From contig CM119266.1 in the NCBI GenBank assembly GCA_051294375.1, positions 14,488,755 through 14,552,754 on the forward strand: a stretch of DNA of 64,000 nucleotides. The letters are read 5' to 3'. Source of the stretch: Paraspadella gotoi. Its lineage: Eukaryota; Animalia; Chaetognatha. The notes beneath the pieces are model-generated. The model was not told where the DNA came from and searched no databases. It was given only the letters and a program-made list of their open reading frames with translations. Positions 22,646 through 45,934 of this stretch are shown here, one piece after another; the stretch's first letter is position 1, and every line of letters begins with the position of its first letter. The position numbers were made by a program, and so were the translations under genes.

Positions 22646-23650
22646 TCTCTATAAAAAACGAAAGAAAAAATAAAAAAAAGTACAAAAATAGTTCTTTTTT
22701 ATTCTACTTATAAGTTTAAGTACATGTGATATGTATATTATGTATATATTGGAAATGAGATGAGCAGAGAAAACATCGAGTCGATCGGTTTTCCCAAAAA
22801 TACAAGTATAACAGTAGAATTTCACAAGAATTAGAAAAAACACTTGATATGTAAATTAGAAATTAAATCACCAATCACTAATAAAAACTAGAAATTATAA
22901 CAAAAAGTGAAAAACAATATCAAAAACAAAACTGGAATAACCTTTATTAAGCCTGTATACAGGGACTTCAATCTGGAGTGATACGAAAAAACTTGTAATA
23001 TAATCGAAACGAAGAGCAATCAGGTTATAATTTTTTTCATACTAATAGAGAAATACTTGCCTTTTTTTCTACCAATTCGTAACATTCTAGCTGGTATAGT
23101 TGCTATGTTATAAACATTTTCCTCAGAGGGTAAATTTTTGAAAAAGCAGAATTTTTATTTTGAAAGTAGATCTTACTATCAATCATTCAGTTCCTATTAA
23201 AACAATTGAATTTTTTTTCATGCTTCATTTTTTGGATTAATAAGATTAATGAATCAGAATAAAAAACATTTTTTTAAATATGAATAATACTTGATAATAA
23301 GCATCACATTTTCTTTTTAAAATCTATTAAACATAAAAATTTTAGATTGGGGGGAAAATTATGAAAGACAACTTTGTTGATAAGTTAGGTATTATATTAT
23401 CAGATAACTTCACAATCAGCGTTAAAAATTGTTAAATGAAGAAAAATCACTCCGAGCTTAAGAGCCACTGTGATTTTACTATTAGGAAATTTGAACATTT
23501 TTTAGGTCAATATAAACTAATAAATGTTATAAAAATAATATGCAGTGAAAGAATTACGAGTTTAATCAAGTCTTTTCGTATAGCTCCAGATTGAAGTCCC
23601 TGAAATAAAGTTCAAAGAAGAATTGACAATGGTATCGAAAACCAGGAATG

Positions 23651-26581
23651 TCAATGACTTCCTTGAATCTCGAACCCAGCCCTGAGATTCGCAACTTTTC
23701 CGGGAGCGATGTCGCCAAAGCTGTCGCGCCTAAGCTCCGCACGTTCATCAAGCAAAAACCGGTGTCGTTGCTTTTGCGTCAACGGCCCACTTTCAGAGGA
23801 TGGCGATACTACGACGCCGTCGTCGGGGGTTACGGGCTGTCGAGAGATGGCGGCACCCTGGGAAAAAGACCGGAGGTAAGAGTCCCAAGATGCCTTGACG
23901 GCAGCCCGTGGCACGGTCCGGACGTCGTCATCAAACTCGTAATTGGAGTCGGCTGAAGTCACGGAGAAAACAGCTCTGCGTCCGGGTTCGAACAGTGGCG
24001 TCTCGGGAGTATCTCGGGAACCGGTCGATGAGGCTCGAGAGATCTCTTCCACCGTGGACAAGTTGCCGTTGACGTCATGGGGAACGAAAGGAGCGGCGCT
24101 TATGGAGTGAGGCGCTCGTAGATGCGCAGTGTTTTCTGCCAGCACAGCAGCGGATCCGATATTGATAGTTTTTTGTGGACGCTCCAAGCTGTCGAAGGCG
24201 CTGTCGAAGCTGCTGTTTTCTCCTTGACGCGCGTCCTGATTTCCTAATAGAGATTTCATGCGACTCTGCATGTCTCGCAGCTGTTGCGTGTATGAGTCGG
24301 GTTCGGAGCTGTCTTGTGAGCAATTCGAGGTGTTGTCGGTTTTATTATCACTGGGGTAGTTTTTGACAAAAATTGAAGCGCGTTGTCTGTCTTTCAAATC
24401 CACAATAGACATAGGATCTTGTTCCGATTTTGACGCTCCCTCCAGAAATAGATTATTTCCGTAGTGAGGTATTTTAAGACTAAGGTCAATTTGTTGAGAC
24501 GCTCTGCGTAAAATGTTGTCAACCCTTTTAACGTCGTCCGTCGATTTAAGCGGCGCCTGTACCCTCACTCGCGGGGCAATCTCATTTACGACCACGCGAG
24601 CCTTTGGAGGCTCGAGCGAATCTTCCGAAAGAAGGGATTCTTCGTCGCTACCGCTCGTGCTCGACCGATGATTCATGGTGTAATTAAAAAAACCATCCAG
24701 GAGCTTTTGGTCGGAAGCGTTTTGGCCAGAGCTGCGCAGGAGAAAGTCGCGTACAGAAAGGTCGAGGTCAACGCTGTCGTCGCTGATTCGCGGCCGAGAT
24801 GTCCGTGACTGTTCCATGCGACTTTTGGAGAAATCATTTTGAAACTCCGAAAGGAAGTCAGTTTCTTCCATCTCGTAGGTGACGATCTCTGGATTGGAGA
24901 GATCAAGAACTCGCACCTTAGAATCTCTACGTTGCAATGGTTTGCCATCCGATAAAGTTGTGCCGTCAAGAACGTAATTATCGGCTGATCGCGAGCGACG
25001 GCGGTTAGCGACGTTCTCCGTTTCCCGCTGACGACTGTCTTGGTTTGCACGGTTCATTGAAGCGGAGCGATGGAACCGAACACGAAAAGATTCACGAGAC
25101 GTGGGAGCCACATCGCCTGAGTTTAATGGCGTTTTTAAAATACTGGTGTTAGTTGATTTGCCGGAGCTTGCGCTTAAGTTGATGCTATGGGTCGTGCTCT
25201 CGTGAGCGTATCGGCCCTCGGAATTCCAGATGTTGTTCTTAAGTGAAGAGTCAGTAATACTGGTATCGTTTCTGATCGAGGAGTTTCGGTAGGTCTGTGG
25301 ACCAGGAACAGGGCGGTCGGGTACTTTTGTGGAATCTGCCATAGTCTTCGGAATGGTCTCTGAGTGGCTACGTTGGCAGTCGGCGGCCCATTCGCGCGAC
25401 AAGTGGCGACGAGAGGGTTTTGGTGGAGGGTCATTTGATCTCCTCTTCTCGCCGAGCGATAAGAAAGTGTTGTCGACTCTTCGATCCGGCGAACGCGACT
25501 GAGATCGAAGAGAAGATCCTTGATAGGATATCTCGAAAGGTTGAGTGGACTCGGAATCGGCGTATGACGCAGTATTTGCTCGGCTGCCTGGTGATTTCTT
25601 TCTGGACGACGCCGACGTGCTTTGGCGGGAATCTACTCTTGTAGTTTCTGTGACAGCGAGTGAGCCGTCTAAGGCACGACTATCACACGAGGTGTCACTC
25701 TTAACTGCGGCCATCGATTGATATGGCAAGGCGGCTCGTTCCTTTGCCGTCCACATGCTCCGGGCAAGGGCCCGACGGCGATCGACCCGCGACAGCTTGA
25801 AGCTCTCAGAACCATACGAGGATACAGAGTCACGACCAGAAACGCAACTTGGGAGAACCGAGTAGGCGCTCTGCTCTTTGGAGGAACGAGGAGTCATTGG
25901 GATGACTTCATGGTCGATGAAAGATTCGGCGACGGGCTGGGACGTCGAGTGGGTGGACGAAAAGGTAGCGTCGAAGTCGAGAGGTCCGTGCGAGGCGTCA
26001 GAACGTGACCGATCGAGCGGAACTCCATCGTCATCCGTCAATAGGCTCAGTTCCTGGAAGCCATCGTAAGCGGAAGCGTGAGCCTGAGAGAGTTGGTAAA
26101 CGCCGAGATGCGGAGACTTCGGGTTGGGCGTGACGACGGAAGACGTCACCCGAGGAGCCTCGAACGACTTTTCTTTAGATACGCAAGAGACGAGAGCAGT
26201 TTTAATGTTTCTCAACAAGGCCAATGATCCACAACAAGAGCCTCGATCCGTGTCGTCTGACAAACGCTTCCGTTGTTGCTGCGTTCGGTGTGGCCGCGAC
26301 TTTTCCGTCAAACGGCGGCGCTGAGAATCGTATAAAGGTCCGCGTGGACCAGCTTTTGGAGTAGAGAACGATGAACTGACGAAGATCGAGGCCCGATTTC
26401 CAAAGGGCCCGATCCCGGAAACGCGCCTTTCCGCTTCGCGCTGACGGGGCTTTCCGTTGTCAATGTAACCGAGATCAAATGTCGGAAGATCTTCATACCG
26501 ATAACGTTCGCCGCGAGCCGACGCTGAAGGCGGAGACTTTTTCACTTTCATGGTCGACTTCAATGACCATGATTCATTTTG
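23651..26581 (-). CDS. Orphan Ser/Arg-rich, probably disordered protein encoded by one 2.9-kb exon (976 codons open from a splice acceptor)
   Basis: Uninterrupted 970-aa ORF with exon-like GC content. The frame is open from ttttttattcttag| at 26581. No domain is recognisable. C-terminal GKVANLRAGFE. Confidence 0.75.
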   Translation of the reverse strand, partial: QNESWSLKSTMKVKKSPPSASARGERYRYEDLPTFDLGYIDNGKPRQREAERRVSGIGPFGNRASIFVSSSFSTPKAGPRGPLYDSQRRRLTEKSRPHRTQQQRKRLSDDTDRGSCCGSLALLRNIKTALVSCVSKEKSFEAPRVTSSVVTPNPKSPHLGVYQLSQAHASAYDGFQELSLLTDDDGVPLDRSRSDASHGPLDFDATFSSTHSTSQPVAESFIDHEVIPMTPRSSKEQSAYSVLPSCVSGRDSVSSYGSESFKLSRVDRRRALARSMWTAKERAALPYQSMAAVKSDTSCDSRALDGSLAVTETTRVDSRQSTSASSRKKSPGSRANTASYADSESTQPFEISYQGSSLRSQSRSPDRRVDNTFLSLGEKRRSNDPPPKPSRRHLSREWAADCQRSHSETIPKTMADSTKVPDRPVPGPQTYRNSSIRNDTSITDSSLKNNIWNSEGRYAHESTTHSINLSASSGKSTNTSILKTPLNSGDVAPTSRESFRVRFHRSASMNRANQDSRQRETENVANRRRSRSADNYVLDGTTLSDGKPLQRRDSKVRVLDLSNPEIVTYEMEETDFLSEFQNDFSKSRMEQSRTSRPRISDDSVDLDLSVRDFLLRSSGQNASDQKLLDGFFNYTMNHRSSTSGSDEESLLSEDSLEPPKARVVVNEIAPRVRVQAPLKSTDDVKRVDNILRRASQQIDLSLKIPHYGNNLFLEGASKSEQDPMSIVDLKDRQRASIFVKNYPSDNKTDNTSNCSQDSSEPDSYTQQLRDMQSRMKSLLGNQDARQGENSSFDSAFDSLERPQKTINIGSAAVLAENTAHLRAPHSISAAPFVPHDVNGNLSTVEEISRASSTGSRDTPETPLFEPGRRAVFSVTSADSNYEFDDDVRTVPRAAVKASWDSYLRSFSQGAAISRQPVTPDDGVVVSPSSESGPLTQKQRHRFLLDERAELRRDSFGDIAPGKVANLRAGFEIQGSH

Positions 26582-26769
26582 CTAAGAATAAAAATAACAT
26601 GTAACGAGAAATACGTATATTATATATACGTAAAATAAGTATAACAGACGTTGATATAAGCATTACTAAATACTAAGAACTTCCGTTATCTTTAAAAACA
26701 ATTCAAACACCCAATAAAACTTGGCTTCACAATATTATATTCTAATAATATTATTAATTTCACAAATAA

Positions 26770-28367
26770 TCAAGTGTTTTTCTTTTTCTTTGCTCTAAAT
26801 TTATTTCCCACAGTACTTTTGGCTTTAGATTTTTTTTCGTTTGAAGGCTTGAGGTCGGCCGCAAAGTATACCCCTTGAGCCCAACCGGCGAACTCCTCAC
26901 CCCACACAGACCGGAAATACTGACCGATGGCATCGTAGGTTCGGGGAGTTAAAGTTTTGGCGGACGATATCGTTGTCGCCAACTCGTCCAACTCATTCTT
27001 CGTGGAGTCCGTCAACTTGGATTTTTTTACGTCGCTTTGGACCGAATCATCGTTTCCCGTTATTTCCGACTCGGTCTGCTCGACGGACGATCGTTTCGTA
27101 GAACGGATTCTCGAATTTCGGTTAGCGACGTGTTTTTTGGCGATTTGCCAAACGTGGGTGTCAACCGGAACTGCTCCGCTTTTATCAAGAGACATGAGGC
27201 AAACACAATCCGCGACTGAAACAAACGTTTGTTAGATTTAATTGACTTTTTAAGTTGAAAAGATGCGAAGATACGATCACACCTTTAGCCCCTACACCGC
27301 AAAGCTTCATCAACTCGGTCTTGGCCACATCGTAAGGAGCCGAGCGGAGATTTATCAGCCAGGGCCTGCCGCCGTTGGATTCCACAGTTCTGCACAATAC
27401 AATGATTTCAACAACCTTATTTTAATTTAAAAATTATTAACTGACATGCTAAGGGGGAAAATCTTACTGCGCAGCTGACTGAATGTATCGCGCGCGGTAG
27501 CCGAATCCTAACTTGCGTAACTTTTCCTCGACGCCGGATTGCGCCAGCCTAGATTGAAACGGCACATGAACGTCGAAAAATTTTAAAACAACTTATGAAA
27601 TCCTAACCTTTCAATTGGCGGAAACGCGTAAAAATCGCGTGGTAATTCCCCCTCCACTCTGATGCCAAGATATTCGCCGTAATGGACGCAGAGATTTTCC
27701 ACCATAGAACTGGTTGGAGTCAAACAGAAATACTAGCCTAAATTCAACCAGACATCGTAGCTCGTGGAGTAAGACGGATCGACCTGATCCTGCTAACGTT
27801 GTTATTAGCAGAGCATATGAAGGCGAAGAGAGTTTCGCAAGGATCTTGTCGCAACGTCCGAACCCCTCTGAAAGCTTCACAACTAGAGTCAAAACCGGGA
27901 TCGAATCGCCGCCAATTTTCAAAAAGTGTGTCCAAACGACACAGGTCCATCTGAAAATAGTCTCTCAAGCGAGAAACGCGTTTCGTATCGGCGTCTGAGG
28001 CCTCAGAATGAGAGATGGGTGAATCCGTTTCTGCAGAGTAGACTTTAAAAAGAATCTCTTTCTCGTTTTGTCGAAGTATCCAAACGTCCCTGTCCAAGAC
28101 AGAGGCCCAAACGCCGGAAGAAATGTGCTTCCAGCGAAATGATTGACCTGGCAAATTACAATCATGATCAGAAAGTAATAAAACATTGATTAATCTTAAC
28201 GATAGTTTAATAACAATAATAATAGTTTAATAAATTTAAAGACTTACAACCTAAATCAACTTACCACAATTGAGAACGATATCCAACCTTAATTCTGACC
28301 TCGGACAGGCGAGTTTCATCCATCCTTCGCCCAAAACCTCGGGCAATAATAATATTTTGGGTGTCAT
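26770..28367 (-). CDS. OGG1: 8-oxoguanine DNA glycosylase
   Basis: CPRSELRLDIVLNCGQSFRW, GVRTLRQDPCETLFAFICSANNN, HhH LCGVGAKVADCVCLMSLDK, AVPVDTHVWQIA and WGEEFAGWAQGVYFAADL, followed by a basic C-terminal tail. Confidence 0.95.
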
Positions 28368-29098
28368 CTAAATGAAATGACTAGCGTCAATGTAATAAAA
28401 TCGAAACAAGCAAAAATTGTAAACAGACGAGTAAATACAAAAAAGTTGACTAAGAACAAGAATTATTCCCAAAGAATGAAAAAAAGCCTCCTTGATAAAT
28501 AATCTATAAAGCGAATAAATTTGTAGAGAGGAAAGGCAAGCTCGTACAAAATGTTTCATTGCGAATTAAATGAAGTTACTAAATTTTAGTAATTAATGAG
28601 CACGTATGGTATTTTAAAATTTAATAGAAAAGTTTGCAGACAACGCTCTTAATACAAGAAGCAGGGCTTGACGTTCACTTCTTGTAATGCATGACACAAA
28701 ATTGCAATTAAACCCATTTAATTTTTTAAACTATCTATATAAATATTTAACAAAACTAAACCACGTCAGCAATTCGGTGGTCATTTGGCAAAAATCAATC
28801 GATAAATTTAATCGCACAAATTTTATTGTTGTCATATTGATTTTCTAAATCATCTTGGTTTTTCCGTATAAATAAGTTTTTATAATAAACCCGAATAAGC
28901 CCATTCAATGTATCTTTTCATCATTCATCAACCTACAAACGGATTCCTAATCGTAAAAAATCTCGAGTGGTTCAGCTTCTCTCGGGATCTAAACCTTTAA
29001 GTAGAATTAGATTAGTTCTGTTTATCCCAGAAATTGTTTTACTTTGGAAGACGAGAAACGTTCCTTTACGACAAACATTATTAGTATTTTCCTCAATT

Positions 29099-35363
<6,265 letters not shown>

Positions 35364-35818
35364 TGCTTCGTTGCATTTTGATATACCGCTATACTACGGT
35401 CGATGGACCGGGACTGTGAATTTTCGTTATAATATCACTTGAGGCTACATCATCGTCTGAATACTCATTAGTCCAAAAAGGCAAATGTGGAAATTTGAAA
35501 TCTGAAATTATTAAACGTAACATGTACAAAAACGTAAAAAAATTTACTTCTGCCCGATACGGGCAGGAAGTGTTAAACACACTAATGTAAGGATTGATGA
35601 AATTAAATTTTAATAACTAATTTCATTAGAAGACCTGCGAAGTTAAAAAGAAATATATACGGTATGAACGTTCTTTCAGTAAGATATGTTCTTTTTATGG
35701 CAAACCAATGATCAATTGATCATGCTCAGAGTTTTATCGATTATGCTAAAACGCAAAGGGGACTTAAATAATTAGAGTAGGTATTCTGCCTGGTAGTGAT
35801 GAGCTTTTTAGCTCTAGT

Positions 35819-38800
35819 TCATTTTTTCAAGAGATTCGCACTGCACTCGATTTTTTCAGAGGGTACATCACAGGGTGGCAAGTAATGAGCCAAACCTAGC
35901 TCACAGGAACGGTCAGGATTAATTAGAATCAATACAGTTTTTTTCCAATAGTCGAACGGGATCCTTGAAGAACGTTCTAAGGCCGAACAGTCTTTATCCT
36001 TGTGGAGATAATGTTCCTGCCAAAAGAGAAGCAGGTCTCGAAAGTTTTTCAGAAGGGTTGATCCCGCATAATCGGCCGATTGGCTGCCGGAGCCATTGGC
36101 AGGCGTTAACGACTTGGCCTTCAACCCAGCCAAGTATTTAGGGAGCTCTGACTTTCGATTGGCAAACATCAAAAAAACCAGAGTCGTGTTCAGACAGGAA
36201 ACGTTCTCTTGAGTTAAGTTCTCCACGTTTATCAGACGTATAAGGCTGACGAGCAGATCAATCTGCGTCTCAAAATTAGCAATGTGCATTAGGAGTCGAT
36301 TATTCTCCAGAGAATACTCCCCGACGATCACATCCGTTTGTATGGCGCCGTGCAAAAGAAAGTTTTCCAAGGAAAGGACGAGAGCGCGAATGAACATATT
36401 CGAATCGACTAAACAACGATTCATTGTCTGAAAGAATCTTTGCGATGTTGCTTCGGGGTCATTTTCGTTGAGTATTTTGTCAAACTTATGGAAAGCTACA
36501 ATGTTAAATTTTATTATCTCTCCCAAAAGGTCGAAGCTGCTCTGGAGGATTTCTTTCGGGCGAGGATTAGAATCAATTATGTTTTCGGCGACATGTTTAA
36601 GAAGGCCTCGATTTATGAGAAACGTTTGATCAGCGTAAGAAGTGCATCCCCGAAGGAATGACTCTACGGCGCGGGCAAGCCAAAAACGGAATGTCGATCC
36701 GTTCGGTTCGTTCATCATCACTTCCACTATCTTTGTTAGCAAACCCTTCTCGCCACGGCACATAACCTTTTCATCGGGGAAATCCCGTCGAGCATCCAAC
36801 TCGTATACGCTTTCTTTATAATGATTCAACTCAAGCATCTCGGTGCGAGTTAGCAGAAGATGCTTGAAGTCAGAATGATCGCAGTAAGAGTGGATTAAAC
36901 GCAAGAATTGTATCTTAAGCGCAACTTCCGGGGAACATTCGCACGAGGGATTATGCCCCCGGAGTCGAGATCTTGCACTGTCAATATCTCCGGGACTCGG
37001 ATGACATATCCATTGGAAATGATCAAAAACCTCGGAGAGCCCAGGGATAAGGCACAGTTCGGCGAGTCTTCGTTGCACCTGCAAAAAAACAAGTCCCATA
37101 ATTAAACCAACAATTATCCTTACTTTGTTAGGTTACCTTTTTTCGATATTTTCCTACGAGAAAAAGGCCAAGAACGTAAACAACTTCGACCCGTTGAATC
37201 AACTCGTTACAAACTCGAAGCGATGGTTGCAATTTAAGAGTTCCATTCGGCGATGCTGCTTCCGAAATCCCTCCCATAAAAGGTTCGTCAAAATCTGAAT
37301 CTTCGTCGTCGTCGCTCTCTGTCGACAGCAACCATTCGCCGTCAGGGGTGGAAAGAAAATTAGCAAGTTCAGGTAAATCGGAATTAGCATTCGAAGTGGA
37401 TGGCACCCCGAGCATGCCATTCGAAGTCAAGGTCTTAGAATTCCCACGCCGGAAAACATTTGATGCAGAAGAAGAAGCAGTTGGCTCGGGGGCGATTCCT
37501 CTCGATCGAGTACTGTAAGTCCTCAAATCGAGTGGACGATAATTATTAGCCCGAGCTACGGCCGCCTCAGCGGCCGCCGACGCTCGAGTTTGTATCCGTC
37601 TCGTGTTTGAATTGGCAACAAATCGTGAACGGGGATTAGAGTATTCGTTCCTGGGTCGATGATGTGTGATGTGAGCTGAAAAAGGCGCTAAAAACGCTTC
37701 AACAGGGTCATAGTCAGATTGATCGTCTTCGTCTTCCTCGTCCTCAGCTTCTTCAAATTCGTCTTCGATCCACTCCATCCAAGCATCAACCTCCGTGGAA
37801 AGCAAAGGAAAGCGGCGAAGGTCTGGCTTCTTCACGGCCAAATTTACCAACCGAGGAAGCAATTCTGGAATTCCCAATAACGCCTCCTGGTTTATATCTC
37901 GCAGAGGAACAAAAGTCTTGGAACGTTTTTGTTTGTTTTGCTGATAGAGACTAGATTTTGATTCGTACATGTCCAGATCAGAGACAGTGACGGCGCATAT
38001 GCGACAAAAGTTGGCCAGCTGTACTTCTCCGAAGGAGCGGACAATATCTCCCAGGTTTGGCACGATGGAAAGGTTAAAAACTTCGCGCCGGGACTGGAGT
38101 ATTACCTACAAAAGAAAAGTTTGTAAACCGTCTCAAAATTTATTCCATTTAATTATGTGGTCGGAGGTACCAGTGATGTTGCCAATTTCTTTTTTACTCT
38201 CGACGAGCTGAAATTTGTTCTATACATAATTTGCAGGATTATATCTACTTAAAACAAGTTTATTTAATAATATAACTGACATAGGAAATTGAATTGGGCT
38301 AAGGTTCCCCCGACCTTTGTTAACATATATAAGGCGTTACCTCAATCAAATCTGCAGCTGGAAGGCAAATTTTTAAAAATGGTAACAGTCGAAAAAGGAA
38401 AATAAGGAAATCCTCGCGAGCTATCAGCAATTCCTTAACATTGGATCCATCTTCAAGCATGACCGTCAAAAAGATGAGAATTTCACATGCCAAGCTCTTT
38501 GCGCGAAGAAGCGCGCCCGGTTTTTTCTCATCAGCACCCTTTGTTCCCGGCAGAAAAGGGGCTGTGGACATAATAATATCAATAAGGACGTCAACACCAC
38601 CGAAATCACGGAATATGTTGCCGCGTAGTTGAGGGTCGATGTCATCGTCGGCACCTTCTCCAGAATCGAACTTTCTAAGTGAATGCAAATATCGCTTAAG
38701 AGGTACGCACAGGAGACGAGCGTTTAACTTGCAATCCTCTGACAGAAGCCGAAGATCTCTTATTAGGCCAGGGATGCGTAAATGGTGGTTTTTCACGTCA

Positions 38801-39108
38801 ATTTCGTCAACCATGTGCAAAGGAAGATCATGAAAAGATCGGAATCCGACGCCGTTTAGTTGCATGGAGGAGAAGAAACAGTGAAAGGGATAAAGGCGAC
38901 CCGACTTCATGGCCGAGATAGCAGAACTAGGGGTATAACGTGGAGGAGCCTTTGCCCGTTTGGTCCAGGACACCGACGAAGGCGAGTCACTTTGCTTTGG
39001 TCCATTTGAAAAACGCTTTTTAGTTTTAGTTTTAACACTGATTTCCGTCGATTCCTCGCCATTTCCTTGCCGGCGCCTTTTGCGGCTATTATGGTTTGCC
39101 GCATCCAT
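35819..39108 (-). CDS. TRPC4AP: TRPC4-associated protein (TRUSS), 3 large coding exons
   Basis: AADLIE|VILQSRREVFNLSIVPNL, LANFCRICAVTVSD, GHNPSCECSPEVALKIQFLRLIHSYCDH, FRFWLARAVESFLRG, LTQENVSCLNT and FWQEHYLHKDKD. A long acidic low-complexity insert lies in exon 2. Confidence 0.92.
38159..38315. mobile_element. Possible small MITE in a TRPC4AP intron
   Basis: Imperfect 13-bp terminal inverted repeat GGTCGGAGGTACC / GGTTCCCCCGACC flanks an AT-rich core. Confidence 0.35.
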
Positions 39109-39472
39109 CCTGTTTCTAAACAAACTGAACTTTACTAATTAACTATGCCAATTAGATTCAAAACATTTAATAACAAATTTTCAGCTTAGATGTCAATATG
39201 AAAATACCTCTATTTATCCTTTAACGAAATCATCACAGACACATACGACCGTTAATCTGTTGCTATTAGGAAATGCATGAATAGTTGCGCACAACTTTTT
39301 TTCTTGAAAAGAAAAGAGAGGACAACAATTTAAAAGATACAATGAATATAGCGAGTTAGGCAATTAAATTAAGTGTTATTCGTAAGTTATACAGCTCCCA
39401 TACTGAGACAGTCTGAGAGATTCAGCTTCAGCTTCCGGATTTTTTTTCTTTTTTTTCTGGTAGAGCCAAACT

Positions 39473-39482
39473 NNNNNNNNNN
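39473..39482. other. Assembly gap (10 N)
   Basis: A run of n in the sequence, within the divergent TRPC4AP/PAK intergenic region. Confidence 1.
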
Positions 39483-40764
39483 TTCTGTGAATATTTGAAA
39501 GAGCAGACGTTGGACGGCGACATCCAGCGCCAAACGCAGCGCCCGCAGCCGTCGCGGGAGATTGGGTCTGACGCCGCGTACACAGATAAAATCAGTAATA
39601 GTAATAGCGGTAGCCGCCGCCGCCGCCGCAGCGCCGAATGTTATGCCTGCGACTACGGCGCGGCAGCAGCAACAACAGCTGCCACTAATGAACCTAAAAG
39701 GCATGTCTCTCATTTTAACTTACTCGTTGGCGTTTCAGGAGCTGCCGCTGCTGCCGAACTTCGAGAAGGCATTTTGATGAAAAAAAATATCACTCGCCCC
39801 TTTTTCCCGTCGGGGAGAAATAATGTTTTATATCACTTCAGACGCCTTCTCTTCGATCTCTGTTTTTTCGTTACGTTGTAATATCGATTCATCAAGAATC
39901 TCGTGATACCTTGCAATATTTCAGTGTAACTGTAAAGTAAGATAATTACACCGGAACTTACTTTTTTAATTACAATTAATTATAGATTTTTTTCCCTAAG
40001 ACACTCTACGTTTACAATTATAGTTCGATAATATAGGTCCTGAAGTTCATAGATGAGAAAGGTTTCTCAAAATAGAATTATTATCGGAATTTTTTAAAAC
40101 TCGATTATCCTCCGTTTGTGCGGCTCAATTTTTTACCATCCCTAACCCTAATCCCCCCCCACCCTAGTCGGCGAATATTAAATTAAGCATCAATTAAAAT
40201 AGTTTATTGATGTTAAGATATTTGAATTAAATATTTTAATAAAGAATTTCAGTAAGCCGTATAAAAAAAATTTCGACAGCCGAAATAATCTCCTTGGCGG
40301 GGTCTACTAAAAAGTTATTTCTAGTTCCCCAACGTCCGACACAACGCACCACCTCTGAAAAACACCCGAAGGAAAAAACAGTCTGGGTGTAAAGTGAAAG
40401 CTGAAAAGTCGATCATGACATAATTTGGCTCGCGGCTCATCTCGGAGAAAGAAAAAAACAAAATTATTCGATCCTAGAAATTATTTCCAACTTATTCTTG
40501 ATTCGAACTTTTAAAACTTTAGAAACATCACGCGTTTAAGGTCCAACATTTAGGACGTCTCCTTTCAACGTCTGGTCTTTTTTTAAACTTTTCATCGCTC
40601 ATCCAGTGTACTTCTTTTTCCCGGTTTAAAGTGTTCAAATAATGAATGGCTGTCGCACTCTTATACTTAATCTAGTTAATCTCGCAGACTCGTTTGTCAC
40701 CTCAGACAAACGTAAAGAAATTATTGGTCTTCAGAGACCTAAAAAAAAATTATAAACATTAAAA

Positions 40765-45934
<5,170 letters not shown>

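Noticed and set aside
38172-38208. ag/gt-bounded 37-nt segment in a TRPC4AP intron
   Set aside because: It is frame-breaking, and the direct junction LIE|VILQ matches the conserved protein.
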